Shown here: positions 24,187 to 37,584 of the stretch, piece after piece | Numbering within the stretch: the stretch's first letter is position 1 | Layout of the letters: each line of letters opens with the position of its first letter | NCBI RefSeq assembly: GCF_001194135.2 | Contig: NC_069003.1 | Span: 19,524,404-19,588,403, forward strand | Reading direction: 5' to 3' | DNA from: Octopus bimaculoides | Taxonomy: Eukaryota | DNA: 64,000 bases | Notes under the pieces: model-generated | Seen by the model: only the letters and a program-made list of their open reading frames with translations | Database searches by the model: none | What the model was told of the DNA's origin: nothing | Position numbers and translations under genes: made by a program

Positions 24187-25033
24187 NNNNNNNNNNNNNN
24201 NNNNNNNNNNNNNNNNNNNNNNNNNNNNNNNNNNNNNNNNNNNNNNNNNNNNNNNNNNNNNNNNNNNNNNNNNNNNNNNNNNNNNNNNNNNNNNNNNNNN
24301 NNNNNNNNNNNNNNNNNNNNNNNNNNNNNNNNNNNNNNNNNNNNNNNNNNNNNNNNNNNNNNNNNNNNNNNNNNNNNNNNNNNNNNNNNNNNNNNNNNNN
24401 NNNNNNNNNNNNNNNNNNNNNNNNNNNNNNNNNNNNNNNNNNNNNNNNNNNNNNNNNNNNNNNNNNNNNNNNNNNNNNNNNNNNNNNNNNNNNNNNNNNN
24501 NNNNNNNNNNNNNNNNNNNNNNNNNNNNNNNNNNNNNNNNNNNNNNNNNNNNNNNNNNNNNNNNNNNNNNNNNNNNNNNNNNNNNNNNNNNNNNNNNNNN
24601 NNNNNNNNNNNNNNNNNNNNNNNNNNNNNNNNNNNNNNNNNNNNNNNNNNNNNNNNNNNNNNNNNNNNNNNNNNNNNNNNNNNNNNNNNNNNNNNNNNNN
24701 NNNNNNNNNNNNNNNNNNNNNNNNNNNNNNNNNNNNNNNNNNNNNNNNNNNNNNNNNNNNNNNNNNNNNNNNNNNNNNNNNNNNNNNNNNNNNNNNNNNN
24801 NNNNNNNNNNNNNNNNNNNNNNNNNNNNNNNNNNNNNNNNNNNNNNNNNNNNNNNNNNNNNNNNNNNNNNNNNNNNNNNNNNNNNNNNNNNNNNNNNNNN
24901 NNNNNNNNNNNNNNNNNNNNNNNNNNNNNNNNNNNNNNNNNNNNNNNNNNNNNNNNNNNNNNNNNNNNNNNNNNNNNNNNNNNNNNNNNNNNNNNNNNNN
25001 NNNNNNNNNNNNNNNNNNNNNNNNNNNNNNNNN
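24187..25033. other. Assembly gap. Other gaps: 27709-28065, 29332-29883, 34323-34332, 42373-43010, 51583-51750, 58445-58454, 60101-60360
   Basis: N runs. Confidence 1.
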
Positions 25034-25540
25034 TATATATATATATATTTATATATAAAGATATGAGGGGGTTAGTTCACTGGTGACCTAAACGAAAAGG
25101 TAGTATGGGAAGGGGTTAAATAACAACAACAACAGAAATAATAACAACAAAGTTATGTTGTGTATGAATTTGTTAAGATATTACAAGCTCTTTTCATACA
25201 TACATACATATGTATCTACATACATACATACATATATAAATATACAAATATACATACACACTCACATGTATACATATATATACACATATATTCATAAACA
25301 CACACACACACAAACTTCTAGTACGACATGGCACCTCAACTAAAAGGTTGTTCCTGTTGCAGGTGATGCTATAAAGATGTAGAATGAAAGAAACAAGCTT
25401 CTTTAGAAATATTTCAGTTTTCAGGAACCAAATTTAAATTAATCATGCATGAAGTGGTTCAAAGCAAGAGAAATGTCAAAAAGTGTTAGCAGCTGAATCA
25501 CTCAAGCAATTTGACAAAAATCTATGACGGTGCACAGCAA

Positions 25541-25579
<39 letters not shown>

Positions 25580-26109
25580 TGCGTGCGTGCGTGCGTGCAT
25601 GCGTGCGTGCGTGCGTGCGTGTGTGTGTGTGTGTACTAAACGCCCCATAAAGGCGGAAGCATTTAACTTTGGTGAAATGCTATCAATGTAGTCTAGTGCA
25701 TGAGATATTGTGTTATTTTTAAATGTGCATGCATGTGTGCCACTGAATGTGTGCACGTATGTACACACACGAATATATATGCATGTATACACACAAATAT
25801 GCACACACATATATGAATAAATAACTGCATATACATGCATGCATGTAGTAAGAGAATAAAAATATCTATTTATCTGTGTTTAAAGTTCCACAATAAAAGG
25901 CTTAAGAACTGTAGTTTAACTACTTTAAATTTACTTTAGGTTTTGTAATAGACAGTATTGTGCATACATATTTATCATTATATTATATTATATCATATTA
26001 TATATGGTGCTCCAGCATGGCTGCAGTCAAATGACTGAAAGAAGTAAAAGATTAAAGGGACTAAGATATCTTGCACCTTGCTGGTCTTGATAAGACCCAT
26101 CTACCACAG

Positions 26110-26370
26110 TGGAATTGATATCTGTGCTGGTGCCACATAAAAAGCACTAGCAATGGTATCACATGAAAAGCACTGATGATGGTGCCACATAAAAAGCACT
26201 GGTAGTGGCGCCATGTACAAAGTACTGGTGCTACATAAAAAGCATCCAACACACTCAGTAAAGTGGTTGGCATTAGGAAGGGCAACCGGCTGTAGAACAG
26301 ACAATGGAGCCTAGGGTGGCTCCTGGCCTTACCAGCTACTGTCAAACCATCGAGCCCATGCTAGATGATA
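26110..26370 (+). mobile_element. Older RTE-3'UTR-related repeat with ~5 internal ggtgccacataaaaagcac units
   Basis: Shares gtggttggcattaggaagggca.c..gctgtagaa and cccatgcta with the RTE tail. Similar pieces at ~14040-14190, 31370-31550, 44985-45210, 53940-54130, 55820-55910 and 58515-58610. Confidence 0.7.
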
Positions 26371-26383
26371 TATATATTGAGAG

Positions 26384-26433
<50 letters not shown>

Positions 26434-27398
26434 CTATACACACATGTTTAAGTGGAAATATTTTGCAGCTGATGACTGACTCCATCCAGCTTCTACATGC
26501 TCATCCAGGCATACAAATATGAAATATGGAAGGTAAGTAATGACAAAGTGAATCAACTCAACACTTATACACACAGATTTGGATATGGTTGTCTGATTTA
26601 CAACCATGTGGGTCCAGATACACTTCCACTGCATATCAGCTTACCAGGTGTCTTCTATTACAGAATCAGGCTCATCTTATGAGTGTGTAATTTTGTTGCT
26701 GAGCTTTGATGTGTGCGTATGTGCCTGAACATGTGTGAGCGTATGCCTCTCTTTGCGTGAGTCTGTATGAGTATGTATGCATGCATTATAGGTGCAAGCA
26801 TGGAAGTGTGCTTTACAAAGATTGTTAGGCAATCATGTTTCAGGTTTAACCCCACTTCATATGTGGCTGTGTGGTAAGAAGCTTGCTTCCCAATCACATG
26901 GTTCCAGGTTTGCTCCCACTGTGTGGAGCATTGGACAAGTATGTTTTACTATAGCCTTGAGCCAATCAAAGCCTTATGAGTGGATTTGTTAGATGGAAAC
27001 TGAAAGAAGCTGCTTGTGCATAAAGGTGTGTGTGTCAGTGGGGTAGGTGTTCATATCTTTTTGTGTTGATATTGTACACTAATTGCAAACAAATATGACC
27101 ACCATGCAAACAGTATCATTTGTTTGGAATCTTCTATGAAAACATGTCCAGCCATTGCACTGTTCATGTTCAAAGCTCTTGGGAAAATATTGCCTTGATT
27201 GGAAAGAGAGAGAGCATTTGACCATAAAACTAAAATCTGCCACAATGTATTTCATCTGACCCATGCAAGCATAGAAAAATGGACATTAAACTGGTAATGA
27301 TATATATATATATGTATGTGTGTATATAAATGTGTATATAAACTTATACATTATATACGTACACATGCCCACATTTCACATACACATACATACAAGTA

Positions 27399-27455
27399 CA
27401 AATTTTTTGTACATTGGCAAATTTTTTGTACATTGGCAAATTTTTTGTACATCGG
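27399..27455. repeat. 19-bp tandem repeat x3
   Basis: caaattttttgtacattgg x2, plus caaattttttgtacatcgg. Confidence 0.95.
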
Positions 27456-27643
27456 TGCAATATGACATACAAGCATTAATACATTCCTGTTATATCATAA
27501 ATGTGTGTGTATGCATGCATTAATATACAAATGTTATATAATACTTCATTTATAGTCATATACTACTGTATAGATTACAGATGCATTTCTAAGCATGTAC
27601 ATATCTGTGTGCATGTATGTATGTATGTATATATATATATGCA

Positions 27644-27708
<65 letters not shown>

Positions 27709-28680
27709 NNNNNNNNNNNNNNNNNNNNNNNNNNNNNNNNNNNNNNNNNNNNNNNNNNNNNNNNNNNNNNNNNNNNNNNNNNNNNNNNNNNNNNNNNNNN
27801 NNNNNNNNNNNNNNNNNNNNNNNNNNNNNNNNNNNNNNNNNNNNNNNNNNNNNNNNNNNNNNNNNNNNNNNNNNNNNNNNNNNNNNNNNNNNNNNNNNNN
27901 NNNNNNNNNNNNNNNNNNNNNNNNNNNNNNNNNNNNNNNNNNNNNNNNNNNNNNNNNNNNNNNNNNNNNNNNNNNNNNNNNNNNNNNNNNNNNNNNNNNN
28001 NNNNNNNNNNNNNNNNNNNNNNNNNNNNNNNNNNNNNNNNNNNNNNNNNNNNNNNNNNNNNNNNNAAATAAATAAGTAAATAAACAACCCAACCAAGCTT
28101 TTATTTTTGTGTGAAGGAATTAAAGATAAGGTCATGCTTTCCCATCACCCTGTAACTCTTCCATATTTAATGCTCTCCCTTCCCTATAACTCTCGCATTT
28201 AAGGCTCCCCACACTTGTAGCTTTTGGACTTTTTTTTTTTTTTGAATGGGGATGCAGTTTCTTTCTGTGCGTGCGCATGCATATCATAGTCCTTTTCTCT
28301 CTTCCTACAAGAGAGAGAGGAAGAGGAAGAGGAAGTAGGGAAAGATAAAGAGAAACAAAGAGGAAAAGACAGAAAGAGACAGACTCAGGACTGAGAGAGA
28401 GTGGCAGATTGTGAGAGAGAAACTAAGAGACAGTGAGAAAGAGTAGGAGATAGTGAGGGAGAGAGAAAGAAAGAGAGAGTAGGAGATAGTGAGAGTGTGG
28501 GAAATTGAGAGAGTGGTAGAACATGAGACAGTAGGAGATAGTGTGTGTGTGTGTGTGTGTGCATGCGAGAGGGTGAGAGACAGAGAGGTGAAAGAAGTAT
28601 GGGTTATCAAGATAGTGTAAAAGTAGAATGAATTAGAGGAGTAAAAATGAAAGAAGGAATATAAAGGAGAGAGAAAAGGT

Positions 28681-28716
<36 letters not shown>

Positions 28717-29278
28717 GAGAGAGAGGGAAGGGGAGAGAGAGAGAGAGGGAAGGGGAGAGAGAGAGAGAGAGGGAAGGGGAGAGAGAGAGAGAGAGAGGTG
28801 AGTAGAAATACAATGATATGCAGTACTATCTTTTGATGTTCATCAAAGACGAAGGAGGGGGGAAAAACTAAGACTATAATAATAAGTAATGATTGTAGGT
28901 TTATATGGAAAGGTGCATTACTGAATGTGTGGAGTGGTCTGGGTTGAGAAGCTGAATGAAGGCAGAAATAGAGGGTGGATAAGAGGTTAAGATGAATAAA
29001 TACAGGCTCATGCATGCAGCACACACATATATGAACACAAATGAGCAGATATAATGTGTGTGTGTGTGTGAATTATATATACATACATGCATATATACAT
29101 ATAGATACATATATATATACACATAAATATACATATACATATAGATACACATAAATATACATACATATATATAAACACATATATACACATATATATATAA
29201 ACACACATACATACACACATATATATATATATAAACACATACATATACAAATATATATACACATACATATATACATAC

Positions 29279-29331
<53 letters not shown>

Positions 29332-30412
29332 NNNNNNNNNNNNNNNNNNNNNNNNNNNNNNNNNNNNNNNNNNNNNNNNNNNNNNNNNNNNNNNNNNNNN
29401 NNNNNNNNNNNNNNNNNNNNNNNNNNNNNNNNNNNNNNNNNNNNNNNNNNNNNNNNNNNNNNNNNNNNNNNNNNNNNNNNNNNNNNNNNNNNNNNNNNNN
29501 NNNNNNNNNNNNNNNNNNNNNNNNNNNNNNNNNNNNNNNNNNNNNNNNNNNNNNNNNNNNNNNNNNNNNNNNNNNNNNNNNNNNNNNNNNNNNNNNNNNN
29601 NNNNNNNNNNNNNNNNNNNNNNNNNNNNNNNNNNNNNNNNNNNNNNNNNNNNNNNNNNNNNNNNNNNNNNNNNNNNNNNNNNNNNNNNNNNNNNNNNNNN
29701 NNNNNNNNNNNNNNNNNNNNNNNNNNNNNNNNNNNNNNNNNNNNNNNNNNNNNNNNNNNNNNNNNNNNNNNNNNNNNNNNNNNNNNNNNNNNNNNNNNNN
29801 NNNNNNNNNNNNNNNNNNNNNNNNNNNNNNNNNNNNNNNNNNNNNNNNNNNNNNNNNNNNNNNNNNNNNNNNNNNNNNNNNNNCCCCACCCTCCCCAGCA
29901 CCATTCAACTGTGTTCAATCAGGTTTATTGTCTTACACTTTCTTCATCTCCCTTTTCTTTGCAAAAATATTCTCACTTGATGGTACATACTAAAATCCAA
30001 TTAAACTGCCATATTTTTCAACACTTCTTCTTTCATCCTTTATTTCCTTTCTACCTTTCATTCTTCCTTTCTATCTCCATCTTTCCTCCAGATCTTTCCC
30101 ATACAGTTCTTTTGTCTCGCAGTTTTCTTTGTCTATACTCTATATCTCTTTCTCTTGGTTCAACCAATGAGATTTTACTAACTTTCGTTTGACTTTTCAG
30201 ACCTTAGTCAAAAGTTATATTTATTTAATAAAATACTGAAAGATTAATGTATATAACTTTATGTTTATATATCTGTAAGTCTTAGTTTTGAAGATTGGGG
30301 AGATGTGAAAATACACTATTGTACTCTTAAGTAAAAAGAAAATATTTGAGAATCTTATTACACATCTGTTTCAAGATAATTGTCCCTCATCAGTGATGCA
30401 CTACTACTATTC

Positions 30413-30539
30413 CAGTGTTCCACAGCCAGTGTTCCATGGCACACCGGTGTACCATGAGATGATTTTTAGTTCAGATGTGCCGCTGAATTTTGAAAAGAAT
30501 ATAAGTGTACAGCAAGGGAAAACAGGTTGCAGAGTACTG
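30413..30539. mobile_element. hAT-like MITE remnant
   Basis: cagtgttccacagcc ... ggttgcagagtactg imperfect TIRs. TSD not recognisable. Confidence 0.45.
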
Positions 30540-30681
30540 TAAGAGATAGTGAGAGTGTGTGTGAGATAATTTTGAATCTATATCACAATATATAATAGCA
30601 GCTTATCAGGATGTAACAGTACTGATCCTCATGATTTGCATATAATACATTAATTGGCCATATAGTAAATTAAATTATACA

Positions 30682-30877
30682 CAGGGACGGCCAAGAATTG
30701 TGCACCAAAATATTCAATATTTTATTTATATAACATTATTATTATTCATTTTGTTCATCATTTATAAGTGTATTCATAATTATTTTATGTCATTCAATTT
30801 AAGTAAACTTGAAGCATGTCTTTAACAATTCCAGAGATTACTGAACTTATTTTGTGCATGACTTTTGGCTCACTCTG
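30682..30877. mobile_element. Tc1/mariner-type MITE
   Basis: cagggacggccaagaattgtgcaccaaaata vs the reverse complement cagagtgagccaaaagtcatgcacaaaata. Similar TIR at 53658-53876. Confidence 0.65.
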
Positions 30878-31635
30878 TATATCATATATAATTCAAAAGC
30901 TCATTCTGAATACCAAATGTGTATAATGTAGATAAATTCACAGTTACTTGAAAGCCTTAGCTGTGGGGGATTGAGGTAAAATGAAAATGTGACTCTAGCT
31001 TAGGTGATATATTAACTTTGCCATTCATATTACTAGTCACCTGAACCACCCCAGGTAGTTTGAACCAGTTATGCCAGGACAACTATACAAGAGGACCCTA
31101 ATATTGCACCATTTTTAGGAAGTAAAGATTATTCCCTCACTTTTCAATAATTACATCCTTCTTAGATATATAATGAAATGTATAAAAAGACTCTCACAAA
31201 ACTGCAAAGGTATTACTGAACATAAAAACAAAAGAAAAATTTTAAAATTTTATATATAACTTAAATATTAAAGTGACTTCTGAATCACATTGCATACATA
31301 TACACACACACACACTCACACACTGCTGCCACCACTAACAATATTTCTGTGTCCACTTTGTTTATGTCTTGAAGCATGTTGGTTCCACATAAAAGGCACC
31401 CAGTACACCCTATGAAGCAGATGGAATTAGGAAGGGCATCCAGCTGTAGAAACACAGCCAAAGCAGACAATTGGAACCTGGGTAGCTCCTGTCAAACCAT
31501 CCAACCCATGCCAGCTTAGAAAGCAGATGCTAAAAGATGATGACACACATACACATATATACATAAAAAATATACATTATATATACCCATGCAGTGCTTT
31601 TAGAAGTCAGTTTCATTATTGTATGTGTGTGTATG

Positions 31636-31681
<46 letters not shown>

Positions 31682-31812
31682 CTCACACATATACACAGAT
31701 ATACAAAATAAGTTAAAGATGCTAGATAAAAGTTTTTCAAATTTTAGAAATGCAACTTTGAAGAGATTTCAAAAGGATATTCAAAACTAGAACTTGTTTA
31801 AAAGTATTTATA

Positions 31813-31849
<37 letters not shown>

Positions 31850-32530
31850 ATGTATGTATATATACACATGCACATGTATTAGTTATGTAACATCAAATAT
31901 ACATTTAGACTTACGAAAGAGTACTTAATACATTAAATGTATATAAATATATCTATAATTTCAATACATGAAATACACACAGTAAACTAAAACTTCTATA
32001 GAGAAGATATGAGATATGCAAACGCACACATGCATGCGTGCGTGTGAGTGTGTGTGTGCGTATATATATATATATATATATACACACACATATATATATG
32101 TGTAAACCATTAAATATAATATATATTATAAGCAAAAATTTAAGGAGAATATTGGTGATCTGTCTCTGCAAGAATCTATTCAATAAAACATATAAATTAT
32201 ATCTCATTCTCTGATTTAGAAAGCTCAACAAAATAACGAAGATATATTTTCTCCTTACAACAAACTTATACATTTATTTATTATATTTTTTTCCTCTTGG
32301 TATTACAGAATATTAATTCAAAACAGTTGTAGTAACAATAAACAACATGGAGGTAGACTCTAAGGAAACCATATTTTCAACTTAATTTTCATTCATATCT
32401 TAACCAACCCATCTGAGATTGAGTTTGGTTCCATCATGTGGTGTTCCCCATCTTCAAGTACTCATACATGAGCCCACAGTCATTTTAAGTAAAACCCAAA
32501 ACATTTTTCTCCAATTTTGTTCCAAATAGG

Positions 32531-32750
32531 TTTATCTTTTAACTGTTTCTGTCATTAGATTGTGGCCATGCTGGGGTATGGTCTTGAAGGATTTTCAGTT
32601 GAATGCATCGACTCCAGTACTTCTTTTCTTAAAGCCTGGCACTTATTCTATCGGTCTCTTTTGTTCAGTCACCAAGTTGTGGGGATGCAAACACACTAAC
32701 ATTGGTTGTCAAACAGTGGCAAGGGATAAATACAGACACACACACACACA

Positions 32751-32795
<45 letters not shown>

Positions 32796-32959
32796 GAATA
32801 TATACAATGAGCTTCTTTCAGTTTCTGTCTACCAGATCCACTCACAAGGCTTTGGTTAGCCTGAGGCTATAGAAGAGACCTGCCCAAGGTGCCACACAAT
32901 GGGACTGAACTTGGAACCATGTGATTGGGAAGCAAACTTCTTACCACACAGCATACCTG
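32531..32959 (-). mobile_element. SINE family D, near full length, with internal (CA)n
   Basis: Reverse match along the whole length of 18328-18656. Confidence 0.85.
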
Positions 32960-33335
32960 TATGTATAATGAAAAGTAAATTGTTTTATTTTAACTTGTCC
33001 AAATTCATGATTACTTCCAGAATTAATTGAAACATGTTAGTAGTGTATTTCATTAAAAGTATGTCCACGAAATGGTTAAATACTCTAAGTTCACAAATTT
33101 GGATGTGTCTGTATGCCATAGAGATGGGTATGAGTAACAAGAATACTGGTGATTCAGAAGGAGAAATAGTTTTAATAATTTGTGGTGGATGGATGGTTCT
33201 CATCCATGAACAAGGATTCAATTGTTTGATCATCTGGATTACATGCTCATTGACTTTAATGTCAAAATGGCTGAGTATTTCTGACTTAGGGAAGTTAGTA
33301 ATAAAAGGTTGATGGGTAGACACCTGTACACTTAT

Positions 33336-33544
33336 CCCTTTTGATACCAACCTATCCAAGACTGCCTCAGGTCCTATAATAATAATTTCTTATATAAAGA
33401 GCTCTAAATTAAAACCTTCAATCAAAATTTTAATGCTATGTTCCAGACACCAGCTTAATAACAAAGTTATTTTACTTAATTTACTATCTTCAAAATTAAT
33501 TTGAAAAACTAACATATTTCAATAGGAATATAGTAACAAAAGGG
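33336..33544. mobile_element. TTAA-type MITE, family 2
   Basis: ttat|cccttttg ... caaaaggg|TTAA (8-bp perfect TIR). The body matches 55101-55301; a partial copy lies at ~33600-33725. Confidence 0.75.
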
Positions 33545-34062
33545 TTAAAACGTTATATGGCTCTATCAGTTTATGCCTTCTAAGACTTCTACTATAAAAA
33601 TTTCATGTTATTTTACAGACCAAACACCAGCTAACTAATAGTGACAAAGTTGTTTTACTAAATTCGTCATTATTTTCAAAATGAATTAAAACACAGGTGG
33701 TATATTTCAACAAAAATATAATGAAAAGGTGAGTGTAATTTTTAGGCAGGTTCAGCATAATACACTGCATGACAAGTCCATATTTAGAATTACAGGTACA
33801 ATCCACCTGATATGCTTCTATGCAGTTTTTGTCCACCAAATTTCACTCACAAGGTATGGGTTGTCAAGAGGCTATAGAAAGTGCTATCTGCTCAAGATGC
33901 CAAGTAGAAGGATCAATTTCCAGGACTTTGTGTTTGTGAAGTGAACTTTTTAAACATTTGCACAATTTATGGTCGAGTTGGAGGAACTGAACTCATGCCA
34001 AATGCCTAATATTTGATAATATTTTGTCCAATGTGATAATGATTCAGCCAGTTTGTCATGTT

Positions 34063-34139
<77 letters not shown>

Positions 34140-34158
34140 TGATAATAATAATAATAAT

Positions 34159-34536
34159 ATTCAAACTGACAGAAAGATAGACGCAAATAGGCCAGACATC
34201 ATACTGAAAGACTTCAGACAAAAATCATGCCTCCTCATTGATATGACTGTCCCAATCGATATAAACGTATCTGTCAAGACCTACCAAAAACTGAGCAAAT
34301 ATAAAGATCTGGAAATAGAAATNNNNNNNNNNTGTCTATGTGATCTCAAATTTTAAAGCAAACACATAATTTTCTTATGGTTTCTTAAAACATTCACTTG
34401 AACAAAACTGTACAAATCCAAATATATGGTACCCTAGGCATAACACCTACATGAACTTCTAACTTGTTGTCTCTTGAGGTCTCTGGGTGAGACTTGGATC
34501 CAACTTGTACAAATGCAAAACAAAAGTCAAACATAA
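34159..34536 (+). mobile_element. 5'-truncated R4/Dong-clade non-LTR retrotransposon (RLE domain and 3' UTR) inside an (AAT)n tract
   Basis: Uninterrupted IQTDRKIDANRPDIILKDFRQKSCLLIDMTVPIDINVSVKTYQKLSKYKDLEIE (RPD..ID..P..K..KY endonuclease motif), then a 10-N gap and UTR. (AAT)n lies at 34066-34158 and 34537-34583. Confidence 0.9.
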
Positions 34537-34584
<48 letters not shown>

Positions 34585-34863
34585 CCTTTCTACTACAGGT
34601 ACAAAGCCTGAAATTTTGAGGGAAGGAGGATAGTTGATTACATTGACTCCAGTGCTCTACTGGTACCTATTTCATCAACCCCAAAAGGGATGAAAGACCA
34701 AGTCAACCACAGCAGAACTTGAACTCAGAATGTAATGACGGATAAAATGCTGCTAAGTATTTTGCATGGTGCACTAACAATTCTGCCAGCTTAATCTCAG
34801 AAATTCAGAAAAATTCATTGTTTCATTCTACTGCTCATATTATGGTGTGTGTGTGTGTGTGTG

Positions 34864-35093
34864 TTATTTCTTTACTACCCACAAGGGGCTACACACAGAG
34901 GGGACCAACAAGGATAGACAAACAGATTAAGTCGATTATATCGACCCCAGTTGCGTAACTGATACTTATTTAATCGACCCCGAAAGGATGAAAGGCAAAG
35001 TGGACCTCGGCGGAATTTGAATTCTGAACGTAGCGGCAGACGAAATACCTCTAAGCATTTCGCCCGGCGTGCTAACGTTTCTGCCAGCTCGCC
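34864..35093 (-). mobile_element. Young, CpG-rich SINE family B (long-tail) inserted in (GT)n
   Basis: Reverse complement of the 3293-3511 type with CpGs intact (ggcgagctggcagaaacgttagcacgccgggcgaaatg). GT repeats on both flanks. Confidence 0.92.
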
Positions 35094-37584
35094 GTGTGTG
35101 TGTGTGTGTGCGCGTGCATGCATGCGTGCGTATGTGCATGCATGCATTCCTTTAGGTTTTTACTTTTGAATAATTCAAGCTAGTTACTAACAAAGTGGCA
35201 AGATTCTTTTGTTTAAATCAAGACAGCTTTTGGGAGTTTGTGGTTATTTAAATTGGTTAGTATCTGCATTATATATATGTGTGTGTGTGTGTGTGTTCAG
35301 ATAAAATTATGGATGTGCACATCGCTCTAGTACACAAGTGTGTGTGTGTGTGTGTGCTTTATTACTTTTTATATGTGCGTATTCTGTGTACTATATATAT
35401 GCATGTATATAACCATGTATGTATAAATGCATGTATGTATGTTTATAAATAGATTTACCCCAAAATAGCAACATCAATTTATGCTACAATGCATACAATC
35501 AATGCTAAGTGCAAGGAACCAGCAACCGACATACTTCGACTGAGTGCACCATGCCCACCTCTGCAAAGGATCTACAGGCATATGAATCAAGGAAGGAACC
35601 TATACATGGTTGTATGCTTTGCTGGAAATAGCAGCCAAATCTCTCTAAAAACCACACTTTTCCATCTTAAAAAAAGGAAGGATGTACTGATGGACCCTTT
35701 GTCAGACTCTACAAGGAACATTAATTTGTTTGAATCAACCGAACAAGCAACTCTTTACATTAAAGTGTTAGTGGCTGAGTTAGGGTTAGAGGTGTTCAAC
35801 TAATGTAATTCCCAAGCCAAAATCAATTATGTCACACTGTGATTCAAAAGGTCAGTATGACTTTTGAATTACAGATACAATCAACCCAATGGGCTTCTCC
35901 ACAGTTTCCATCAAACAAATTTCACTCACAAAGTTCGAGTGTTGCTGAGAGCTATATGGTAAAAAATACATTTAACTAAGATACCACACAGTGGAATTGA
36001 ACTCAGAACCTCAAGGTTGCTAAATGATCTTTGTAACTACTTGGCCATGTTTGTATCCAACACATTGATGACGTGATTCTAAATAGATTCTCCTGAAGAT
36101 GATAAGGAACTGGGGCTAAACCACAGCGACAACAGCAAAAAGTATACAGAAACAGACTGGACATTGTCAAGAGTGTCACACTGCAACTTAAAAACAATTA
36201 ACTCTTTCATATCAGAGTATGTGGTTGTTGTTGGTGTGCTGAAGGAGATGGAGGAGGGTGAGAAGGGGAGGGAGATAAAGAGGGGAAGATGAAATGAGGA
36301 GAGGAGTAGGAGGTGGAACAGTAGAAGGGAGAAGAGCAGGAGGATGAAAGAAAAGAGAAGGAGGAAGAGGAGAAAGATGAGAAAGAGAAGAAGATGAGGA
36401 AGCATGTTTTGTCTTGACCAATGGATGCCTGGTTCCCACAATGATATATATAATGTCAATCATTTTGAACTTGGGACTACACAACACCAAGATACATCTA
36501 GAGGACCAGTTTCCTTTTTTACTCTCTCAAATTGAAAATTACAATGTCTAGCAACAACTGCCTTTAATTCTTACCAAGCAATTCATAAAGTTCTAAGGAT
36601 ACCACTGGGTTTTGTTGTTGCTTAACCCCAGGTCAGTATTGTTGGAGCAGACCTACGATCAAAGAAATTCCAACCATTCTGGGGGTAGTATGTCTAGGAT
36701 GGGCATTCGCAAACTCTTTTTTTGAAATGATTCACTTTTCAATGGCCCAGATGCACACACACATATATATTTTATCTTTTGTTTCAATCAAACAAACCGA
36801 CTCCAGTACTTATTTTCTTTTTAAGCCTGGTACTTATTCCACCAGTCTGTTTTGCTGAACCACTAAGTTACGGGAAGTAAACACACAAACACTGGTTGTC
36901 AAGCAGTGGTGGGCAACAAATACAAGCACAGACGTATATATATATATAAATAATGGGCTTCTTTCAGTTTACGTCTATCAAATTCATTCACAGGGCTTTG
37001 GTTGGCTCAAAGACAACTGGCTAAGGTGTCACTCAGTGGGACTGAACTTGGGACCATATTGTTGGGAAGTATATCCCTTACCACACCGCACAGCAATGCC
37101 CATCCATTTCCATCACTGACAATATTTATGTAAGCCAAAGTTAAATAAACCTGGAAAATTTTTTTAGGCCCACAGAGGTAATCCCAGTGGCCCACCCATT
37201 GATAACCCCTTGTCCAATGAATTCTGTCTTTTATCGAAACAATAAGGTTTGATGTGAAGGAGCTTTAGCTGCTATTTCTAGTAGGTCAGCAACCACATAG
37301 AGGCTCCTGCACTGGTCTGATGGTGCCACAGGTTGATTTCTTACTTTATTTGATTAAGTCATAATTTAGAGAACAAAAAGAAAGAAAAGAAAAAACTAAG
37401 AAAATCTTGGAAAGCAACTGTTGTATACAATTAATTATGATTCTTCTTACCAGAGATGAAAAGAAGAAATGGAATCAATAGAGTTGTCCTTCCATATCTA
37501 TGAATGCAATCATTAATTAACTAATCAGCTAAACTAATTGAAATAGCATGAAAAACATGCCAGAATAAGTTCAAGAAAGTATCA

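Noticed and set aside
26469-26532. Candidate plus-strand exon ending AAG|GTAAGT (..MLIQAYKYEIWK)
   Set aside because: All three frames contain stops from the obvious acceptor, and the peptide is unrecognisable. It is possible only as a UTR/start exon.
23949-27455. CRISPR-like arrays (24-bp and 19-bp repeats; also the 66-bp array at 7826)
   Set aside because: Direct tandem repeats without unique spacers, in eukaryotic context, with no cas genes.
28305-29024. 239-aa minus-strand ORF with a hydrophobic, membrane-like look
   Set aside because: It is translated (GA)n/(GATA)n microsatellite (SLSL/IYLS repeats).
35780-35796. Interstitial telomeric TTAGGG
   Set aside because: Fewer than two full units; chance.
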